From: Patescibacteria group bacterium
GTDB taxonomy: Bacteria > Methylomirabilota > Methylomirabilia > Methylomirabilales > Methylomirabilaceae
NCBI GenBank assembly: GCA_035561835.1
Contig: DATMXF010000229.1
Coordinates: 1 to 24,161 of the forward strand
Direction: 5' to 3'
Length of the DNA: 24,161 nt
Each line of letters starts with the position of its first letter. The first letter of the stretch is position 1. This document shows, in pieces, positions 9,342 through 15,496 of the stretch. A program made the position numbers and the translations under genes. The notes under the pieces are model-generated. The model worked only from the letters and a program-made list of their open reading frames with translations. It made no database searches and had not been told where the DNA came from.

Positions 9342-10211
9342 TTAACGGGCAATGACAAGGGCACCTCCTTCTTTGTTCGCTGCTGATCCAGGTCTTGGCT
9401 TGCTCGCCAGTGAGCTGAGCACCGCCAAGGTGTGCGGGGCTGTGCGCTTGGCGATTTCCCCCATGAACACCTCGGAGCTCGGTAAGAAATACCCCTCAGC
9501 CGGCCAGTGTTCGCCAATGGCGGGGGGATTGGCAAATTTCTGCGCCTTTTCAAGATAAGACTCGTAGGCATCCTTGAAGCCTTGGCGTAAGGCGGCGAGC
9601 GTGCGGAGTAACTCGTCCATGGACACGCTGCCGCTTGGATACATCCACGTGGTCGCGCCCATCACATCATTGAGCTTCCAGTCGTGCTTGGGTGATTGTT
9701 CGTGCTTGTTATGGCATTGGATGCAGCCCTCGACGACCGCCACATCGCTGAACATGGCGACCTGCATTTGAATGTCGGGCATGAAGAAGAATTGCGGCTT
9801 GAGGGTTTGCTTGACTACCTGGAATTTTTCCAATTGCAACCCCTCGAAGCGGTTCGCCGAGTTGACGGGATAGTCAGAACCCAGGAACAGACTGAGCGGC
9901 GTCGGATTCTTTTCCAGACTTTTCGCCGTCTCGCGCAGGAACAACGCCGGCAATGGGCCGGCCTCCACGTCCGCCTCGCGCCAACGCTCGTCGAACTTCA
10001 AACCGGTCTGCTTGCCCGCACCGACCACTTCCTTGGTCCACATCGCTCGAACTACGTCGTTTTCCGCCTTGAGAATCTCAAACATCCGCTCCACCGGGAT
10101 AGCCGCATCGGCAGCCTTCTTCTCTTCCAATGGCGGCGGGGCACTGACAAGCAGGTAGATGCTTAAGGCGCCCAGCGCCAGGCCGGCGATCCAGAAGTTT
10201 TGCTTAGCCAT
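9342..10211 (-). CDS. Membrane-anchored monoheme c protein, DUF3365 (Tll0287-like) domain plus C-terminal extension
   Basis: Start taken at MAKQNFWIAGLALGAL (ATG 10211; ATG 10220 is also possible), overlapping the upstream stop. There is a single CIQCH. The pattern GPLPALFLRE...VNSANRFEGLQLEKF...CIQCH...WKLNDVMGATTWMYP resembles DUF3365 heme-c sensor-like domains. Confidence 0.6.
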   Translation of the reverse strand: MAKQNFWIAGLALGALSIYLLVSAPPPLEEKKAADAAIPVERMFEILKAENDVVRAMWTKEVVGAGKQTGLKFDERWREADVEAGPLPALFLRETAKSLEKNPTPLSLFLGSDYPVNSANRFEGLQLEKFQVVKQTLKPQFFFMPDIQMQVAMFSDVAVVEGCIQCHNKHEQSPKHDWKLNDVMGATTWMYPSGSVSMDELLRTLAALRQGFKDAYESYLEKAQKFANPPAIGEHWPAEGYFLPSSEVFMGEIAKRTAPHTLAVLSSLASKPRPGSAANKEGGALVIAR

Positions 10212-10899
10212 CTTGACCATCCTGTTTTGCTTTGTAGTGGAGAGTTGTGCCGTAAGGAGAGGGCCCGCCATCAAAATAGGCGCGGATTTTCTCTGTCGGC
10301 GTTCGCTTGCCGACCGATTTCTCGGTCTGCATAATGTGGTTGCCGTGGAAGTCGTGGCAGCCCAGGCAGGAGTCCCATTGCTTGTGGGCTATCAAGTCCG
10401 CATGGGGCACATCGATGGGATCGTTCTTTAACCGGGTGTCCTTGTGGCAGTTCACGCAATAGTCTGTCTTCGCCAACGTGACACGCCTCCCCCGGTGTTC
10501 GGCGTGGCAGGAGACGCACTGATGGGGGCCCAACGTTTCCCGAACCTGGCTGAAACGGGGTTCGAGGAAGCGGTAGACCGGGTGGCGGTCGTTGGGCCGC
10601 TCGTGACAGGCCATGCAGTCCGTATTACCCACAGGGAGCCGTCCGAAGGCGGCGGGCGCTTCGCGCCACCCAAAGGCATAGCGCAGGTTGGCCTGAATCT
10701 GCTGGCGGAAGCTGCCCGGTGCGTTTTTGTGGCAAGCCACGCAGGCAAGCTTGCCGTGGCCTGTATTCATAGGTCCTTTAGCATGAAACCATTCCCCGAC
10801 TGGAAGCACGGTAAACACCAGGATCGCAAGTCCCAAACAGAAGCCGATCGCATAGGCGCGGTTTTGCCATTTCCTTGACCCTTCAGCTTTCGCTCTCAT
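10204..10899 (-). CDS. Membrane-anchored pentaheme c-type cytochrome (NapC/NirT/NrfH-like topology)
   Basis: It has five CxxCH motifs (CVACH, CMACH, CVSCH, CVNCH, CLGCH) and an N-terminal TM helix (AYAIGFCLGLAILVFTVLPV). The first ATG is at 10899; the track start at 10908 is a TTG. Confidence 0.75.
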   Translation of the reverse strand: MRAKAEGSRKWQNRAYAIGFCLGLAILVFTVLPVGEWFHAKGPMNTGHGKLACVACHKNAPGSFRQQIQANLRYAFGWREAPAAFGRLPVGNTDCMACHERPNDRHPVYRFLEPRFSQVRETLGPHQCVSCHAEHRGRRVTLAKTDYCVNCHKDTRLKNDPIDVPHADLIAHKQWDSCLGCHDFHGNHIMQTEKSVGKRTPTEKIRAYFDGGPSPYGTTLHYKAKQDGQDG

Positions 10900-11018
10900 A
10901 GCCACCAACTCAAGCTACGTGCCAAAAACTCACGCTGATGCATTAGGCCTTATTGTGTCTGCTGTGTAGCTTACCGGTGGCGAAAATGAAGCGTCTGCTT
11001 ATCCTCTGAATGGAGAGA

Positions 11019-11064
11019 GGGTGGGGGTGTGATCTGAAGACAACCACTTGGTTCACCCCCACCC
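11019..11064. repeat. G/C-run inverted repeat in the intergenic region
   Basis: GGGTGGGGGTG (11019-11029) pairs with CACCCCCACCC (11054-11064), 11 bp perfect, with a 24-nt loop holding a nested AACCA..TGGTT. No T-tract on either strand. Confidence 0.3.
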
Positions 11065-11201
11065 CATCCTTCCCCCCTCAAGAGGGAAAGGGGCTCATCG
11101 TCACCTCGCCACATATCGCTGATCCATGCGTCGCCTGAAGGCGGGTGACCACGCCCACGATCTCCCCTCTCTGGGGGCCGCTATTCTGTGGCTTCTGAGA
11201 G

Positions 11202-11489
11202 CTACTCGATGACCTCCATAATCCGACTCTGCACATTTGAGGCTAACATCATCAGCTCGCTGCGAAGCGCCTTACGCTCATCGAGGGCTAAAATTTTATC
11301 GAAGTTGCTGAAATCGCCCACCTCAATCGTAATGACTCGCTCCAACTTATTCGCCAAATGGTCGCCAAAGACGTGAAACCTCGAGACCCCTTGGTTGGCG
11401 AGCCAAAAAGTTTTCATTTTGCCGATTAAGAAGGCATCCAATGCCTGCTCTTGCCCTGGCTGAACTTCACACATGATGTGATAGATCAT
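11202..11489 (-). CDS. Small (95 aa) hypothetical protein with a beta-alpha-beta-beta-alpha-beta (ferredoxin-like / ABM-like) sequence pattern
   Basis: Strong SD (AGGAGGAG) before the ATG. The alternating hydrophobic pattern IYHIMCEV / helix / SRFHVFGD / RVITIEVGD / helix / SRIMEVIE suggests this fold. I am not confident of a family. Confidence 0.5.
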   Translation of the reverse strand: MIYHIMCEVQPGQEQALDAFLIGKMKTFWLANQGVSRFHVFGDHLANKLERVITIEVGDFSNFDKILALDERKALRSELMMLASNVQSRIMEVIE

Positions 11490-11725
11490 CGTTGCTCCTC
11501 CTTTGACATCGAGTGTACGTTATGGTTGGCCTCTCCCCTCATCCCTGCACGCTTCGTTGATTACCCCCTTCCCGGGATCAGTGCGCCGAACTACCGCATA
11601 CTCATCGATTGCTTCGAGTACTCTTAGGGGACACGATAGCTGTCGTTATCGAGTGCGATCCTGGCACACACGCCTGCTGTGACGCTTCGCCATCATTCAG
11701 CGCGCCGCTCCCGTCGGTCCTGGCA

Positions 11726-12106
11726 TTATGGGGTCTTGGTAAAGCTTCTGATGTAGACCACCAGCTCCTTGATCTCGGAATCGGTCAGTTTTAGCCCAAA
11801 CGAAGGCATCGATGCTTTACCTTGCTTAATAGTTCGAAAGAGAACGTCATCAGACCGTGTTTGCATATAGGCCGGATCGGCCATGTTGGGCACCTTAAAC
11901 ATAAAAAACAACGCCATCGCCTGCGGTCCATTGCCTTTGCCGCTTGCGCCATGGCATCGAGCACACCCAGTGTCATCGTACCTCGACTGCCCGCTTACTG
12001 CGCTTTTCGTCTCCGCGCCGAACGCGGAAGAGGTCCACACAACGACCAATATCACCATCACGTATAACCACCGGTAACGGAGTCGAGGCAAGAAACAACT
12101 GCGCAT
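11726..12106 (-). CDS. Periplasmic monoheme class-I cytochrome c
   Basis: The ATG at 12106 lies 8 nt after GAGGAGGA, which I prefer over the GTG at 12163. The signal peptide is WLYVMVILVVVWTSSAFGA. There is a single CARCH and a distal Met context (GKASMPSFG). Confidence 0.75.
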   Translation of the reverse strand: MRSCFLPRLRYRWLYVMVILVVVWTSSAFGAETKSAVSGQSRYDDTGCARCHGASGKGNGPQAMALFFMFKVPNMADPAYMQTRSDDVLFRTIKQGKASMPSFGLKLTDSEIKELVVYIRSFTKTP

Positions 12107-12192
12107 CGTAATCGTCCTCCTCTTGTCCACGGGGTAACCTGTGTCTGTAATGTTCGAGATCACGTCTTATGTTGAAGGGCCGTCCGCGCTTA

Positions 12193-12238
12193 CAAAACGA
12201 TACCTCCCAGCCAGCGCTACCACTGACTGGGAGGTATC
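12193..12238 (-). terminator. Rho-independent-type terminator after qNOR-like paralog 1
   Basis: On the minus strand, GATACCTCCCAG (12238-12227) pairs with CTGGGAGGTATC (12210-12199), 12 bp perfect with a 16-nt loop. GTTTTGT follows. Confidence 0.6.
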
Positions 12239-12274
12239 AGAACGAAGTGTGATGTGCCTACCTAGATCCTCAGA

Positions 12275-14701
12275 TTAGAAGGCCTCGTCGCCGGCAGCCC
12301 AAGTCTCCCGCTCCTTCGCCTTCTCCTTGTCGTAGATGGTCCATTCACCTTCCTCGACAACAGAGGCTTCGCGGACCATCCGCCCTGCTCTTGACAGAAT
12401 GAAATAGGCGAGAGGCAACACGCCGCCAAAGAGGAAGATCGCGCCGCCGATCGTGCGCATCCACGTCAAGGTGATCCACACGCTATCCGTGACGTGCGCC
12501 TGTGCTCGGGCAGCCCAAAGTCCTTGCTTGAAGACGGTCGAAACCTGGTACAGACCGACAGGGAACAGGTCCAACATCATCATCAGCACCAGGCCGACCT
12601 GCAACGACCAGAAGATCCCCTTGATCAGCTTCTCATTCCAGGCAGAGCGCTGGAACAGGTGCTGGCAGGCAAACAGCATACCGGCGATGGCGATGTTACC
12701 CTTGACGCCGAACATGGCGGCATGGGCATGGTTGCCGGTAAGATAGGTGCCGTGCTCATAGTAGTTGACGATGGGCAGGTTGATCAACGAGCCGAAGACG
12801 CCCGCGCCAAAGATGTTCCAGAAGTTGACGGCGAGGATGAACGTCCAGACGCCGTCCATCACGAAGCGCTGCTTGCCCTCGGCAATGTTTTCATGGGCCT
12901 TCGACCGCTCCGTCCGCATCTTCCAGGCGTCCAGGGTGATCAACAGCAGCGGCAGCACCTGCATGGTGGAGAAGACGCTACCCAGTGCGATGATTCCTGT
13001 CGGCTTGGCGATCCAGTAGAAGTTGTGGGAGATGCCGATCAGGGCGGTCACCAGGAACATCATGACGGCCAGGAAGATAACCCGCTCGGCCATCGCCCGG
13101 TTGACCAGACCCATCTGCACCAGCATGTACCCAACGATACAGGTGGTGAAGACCTCGAAGGTCACCTCAACCCACATATGAATGTTCATCCACCGCCAGT
13201 AGTCCGCGATGGCGAAGTTCTGCGACGGGGTCATGAACATCCCGAAGAACAGGAACAGCACCATGATCCCGCTGCCGTAGAACAGCCAAGCCGGCACCGA
13301 CCAGAGGTTCTGGCTGGTGATCCAGGGCTTTACGGCGCGGAAGATGATGTAGACCCACAGACAGAACGATGCCAGCATCAGGATGTGCCAGAAGCGGCCG
13401 AGCTCCAGGAACTCCCACCCTTGGCTGCCGAACCAGTAGGCCATGTCGTCGCTAAAGAACCCTGTGTGGCCGAGGTAAATGCCAAACAGCGCGCCGGCGC
13501 CTACGATAAGACACAGCGTAAAGAGCAGGTTGATCAGGAACCGCTGCCCGTTGGGCACCTTCGAAATGCGGGGCAGGAAGAAGAGGGTGTAGCCGACCCA
13601 CGCCATAAAGAACCAGTAAATCTGGACGATGGTATGCCAGCCCCGGGTGACGGTAAAGGGGATAGTAAACCCTAACACTGTTGTAGCGAGGGCGCTACCC
13701 GGTCCACCACCGACGAAATCTTCGGCGCTCAGGATACCTGCCAGGACCTGGACCAGGAACAGGATGACAGCGAAGGCAAAGAACTTATAGGTGGCACGCT
13801 GTGTCGGTCGCACGTAAGCGTCGCCCTTGTTTTCCAGGTCGACCGTGGTGAGCGACCAATCCCGCCCATTGAACGGCTCGCCGGGCAGGGCCTTCATTTC
13901 GCCGTACACGTACAGGACCAGCATGGTACCGCAGAACAGCACAAAGATCGAGATAAAGCTCCAGAGATAGGTCTCAAACGTCGGGGTATTCCCGACTATC
14001 GGGTCGGGCGGCCAGTTGTGAGTGTAGGTATAGTCGAAACCCGGCCGATTCGCCCCGGACACCCAGCCTCCCCAGAAGAAATAGCCTGCTAGGGCCTTGA
14101 GATCTGCTGTGTTGCTGATATGATTTTCGATCCTCCCTTTCATGAAGGCTTCTTCATAGGTGGCATCCGTAAACATCCGGGTGTAGTGCGTGATCAACTC
14201 CTGATACGCAAAGACCTGAGCCGGATTGATACGGATGATGTTGGCAGCCGCATCATACCCGTTCTCATGGATTTCGCGCCTGACCCTGACCGAGATCATA
14301 TCACGGTCGGCTTGAGTGACAGGACGCTCCTTCGCGATCTCATTTTCGTAGAACTTGCTCATCGATACATAGGTATGGTGTAGCGCTTCAGCGGTGAAAT
14401 CCGGTCCGCGCTCACCACCGTCGCCCCAGAAAGAGCCATACGTCATCAGGCCCTTCAAGTGAAAGATCTGTTTTCCACGCTGGATCTCCCATTCGGGGAT
14501 GACGGTTTCTCCAGTGGTTGACAACACATAATTGGTCAATGGCGGAGCTGAGGTATAAGTCCAGACGCCCAAGGCAACCAAACCAATAACGCTGATAACG
14601 GTAACGATCAGGGCATGAAGCCACCAATACTTCTTGATCAGCAATGCTTGCCCGAATGTCCTATTAGTTTTCCCCATACCGCCGCTTGCAGTAGATTTCA
14701 T
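12275..14701 (-). CDS. nod: qNOR-family heme-copper oxidase, paralog 1 (808 aa), with putative nitric oxide dismutase (Nod)-type substitutions
   Basis: GGAGGTAACAATG is the start context. The architecture is qNOR-like: one N-terminal TM helix, a heme-free periplasmic domain, then a NorB-like core. Retained motifs: RGWH, NIHMWVEV, NHAHAAMFG. Altered motifs: SHNFYW instead of an HH pair (AAC at 13022-13024), SVFSTMQVLPL with Q instead of E (CAG at 12959-12961), and AEDFVGGGPG where qNORs have AHYxxE. Confidence 0.9.
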   Translation of the reverse strand: MKSTASGGMGKTNRTFGQALLIKKYWWLHALIVTVISVIGLVALGVWTYTSAPPLTNYVLSTTGETVIPEWEIQRGKQIFHLKGLMTYGSFWGDGGERGPDFTAEALHHTYVSMSKFYENEIAKERPVTQADRDMISVRVRREIHENGYDAAANIIRINPAQVFAYQELITHYTRMFTDATYEEAFMKGRIENHISNTADLKALAGYFFWGGWVSGANRPGFDYTYTHNWPPDPIVGNTPTFETYLWSFISIFVLFCGTMLVLYVYGEMKALPGEPFNGRDWSLTTVDLENKGDAYVRPTQRATYKFFAFAVILFLVQVLAGILSAEDFVGGGPGSALATTVLGFTIPFTVTRGWHTIVQIYWFFMAWVGYTLFFLPRISKVPNGQRFLINLLFTLCLIVGAGALFGIYLGHTGFFSDDMAYWFGSQGWEFLELGRFWHILMLASFCLWVYIIFRAVKPWITSQNLWSVPAWLFYGSGIMVLFLFFGMFMTPSQNFAIADYWRWMNIHMWVEVTFEVFTTCIVGYMLVQMGLVNRAMAERVIFLAVMMFLVTALIGISHNFYWIAKPTGIIALGSVFSTMQVLPLLLITLDAWKMRTERSKAHENIAEGKQRFVMDGVWTFILAVNFWNIFGAGVFGSLINLPIVNYYEHGTYLTGNHAHAAMFGVKGNIAIAGMLFACQHLFQRSAWNEKLIKGIFWSLQVGLVLMMMLDLFPVGLYQVSTVFKQGLWAARAQAHVTDSVWITLTWMRTIGGAIFLFGGVLPLAYFILSRAGRMVREASVVEEGEWTIYDKEKAKERETWAAGDEAF

Positions 14702-14760
14702 TGTTACCTCCTATGGCCACACCCATGACTTGGGTCGCCACATGTTCCTTTCACTACTTA

Positions 14761-14925
14761 CTACTCCTTACAATCTTGCCATCTTGGTACCGTTATCGCC
14801 CAAGGCCTCGGGGGCGCACGCACTTCCTGGTCAGCAAAAGGCAGACCGCCGCTTTGCCACCGGAAGCCTGGCCGACCACACGGTAACCCTTTGCTCAGCT
14901 TATCGACCCACGTCATAAGTTTCAT
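14761..14925 (-). CDS. Candidate 54-codon upstream ORF / leader peptide of paralog 1 (low confidence)
   Basis: GGAGGA lies 9 nt upstream of the ATG at 14925, and the stop is TAG at 14761-14763. The peptide is MKLMTWVDKLSKGLPCGRPGFRWQSGGLPFADQEVRAPPRPWAITVPRWQDCKE. It is partly conserved, in frame, with a counterpart upstream of paralog 2. Confidence 0.25.
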   Translation of the reverse strand: MKLMTWVDKLSKGLPCGRPGFRWQSGGLPFADQEVRAPPRPWAITVPRWQDCKE

Positions 14926-14993
14926 GAGGCACGTTCCTCCTTGCTTTCAAGGTCATCAGCTTACAGTCAAAGCGTAGGCTCTCCAGCAGGGCC

Positions 14994-15036
14994 TGTAAAT
15001 CAGATGATCAACTTAATTTTCAATGCAAATGCATTA
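14994..15036 (-). promoter_or_regulatory. Conserved upstream element of paralog 1 (TTTACA -35-like hexamer plus ATGCA-AA-TGCAT dyad)
   Basis: The plus-strand sequence GTAAATCAGATGATCAACTTAATTTTCAATGCAAATGCATTAG is related to the two repeats upstream of paralog 2. It contains a 14-bp perfect palindrome, AATGCAAATGCATT (15022-15035). Confidence 0.35.
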
Positions 15037-15207
15037 GTCGTCCAGGAGGATTACCCGGCCGGTGAACATTTTTCACGCTTGCCGGCCTTAGAGACGGCTA
15101 CTCACTGCCAGAGACAGAACGCCCCGGGCGTCTGCCCGCGGGGCCGAAGTTCTTCTTCATCTTTTTGAGTAACCGATAAACTGCGCCAGAGCACCATCGT
15201 TCGTTAT

Positions 15208-15234
15208 TATTAGTAGAACCCTGTTCTACTAATA
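15208..15234. promoter_or_regulatory. Perfect 12-3-12 AT-rich palindrome (candidate operator or hairpin)
   Basis: TATTAGTAGAAC (15208-15219), CCT, GTTCTACTAATA (15223-15234). Confidence 0.4.
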
Positions 15235-15237
15235 TAC

Positions 15238-15266
15238 AATATAGCGCAAAGCTCCCCCTGAGGCAA
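15238..15266 (-). promoter_or_regulatory. Sigma70-like promoter candidate (TTGCCT-N17-TATATT, minus strand)
   Basis: The -35 is the complement of 15261-15266 and the -10 is the complement of 15238-15243. The predicted start falls at the edge of the 15208-15234 palindrome. Confidence 0.3.
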
Positions 15267-15408
15267 GCATGAATATGGAAGGACCTAGAAATGGGGTCGA
15301 TGGGGGGGACGCGTACACGTCAGAGATAGCAAAAGCAGTCGCGCTGATCGCGTCAGTCAGGTGGTTTGCGTGGGGGACGGCCAGCCTCAGAGGAACGGCT
15401 GGCCGCAC

Positions 15409-15458
15409 AAAAAACGACACCCCGCAGCATAACATCTCTGTTATGTCGCGGGGTGTCG
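15409..15458 (-). terminator. Strong Rho-independent terminator after qNOR-like paralog 2
   Basis: A 20-bp stem (15415-15434 pairs with 15439-15458; one mismatch, one G-U) with a 4-nt loop. Six T residues follow on the minus strand (A-run at 15409-15414). Confidence 0.85.
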
Positions 15459-15496
15459 AAGTGCGTGTTACTTAGGTACTGACCTAGATCGTTAGA

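Noticed and set aside
9329-9571. An 81-codon N-terminal extension of the 8801-9571 ORF.
   Set aside because: It overlaps the 3' end of the upstream heme-c gene in another frame and is Arg/Pro-rich, not membrane-like. The hydrophobic protein begins plausibly at the ATG at 9328.
12494-13675. A 393-aa plus-strand ORF antisense to paralog 1. There are similar ones at 15695-16447 and 16607-17869 antisense to paralog 2.
   Set aside because: They lie entirely within well-supported minus-strand genes. Their translations are low-complexity and rich in D/E/H/G/Q/P, with no motifs. Long antisense ORFs of this kind are expected from the codon bias of GC-rich genes.
15229-15475. Two overlapping 68-aa ORFs (15229-15435 minus, 15269-15475 plus) in the spacer between the paralogs.
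   Set aside because: Neither has an SD. They overlap each other and run through the strong terminator hairpin at 15409-15458. The region is better explained as terminator plus promoter/operator DNA.
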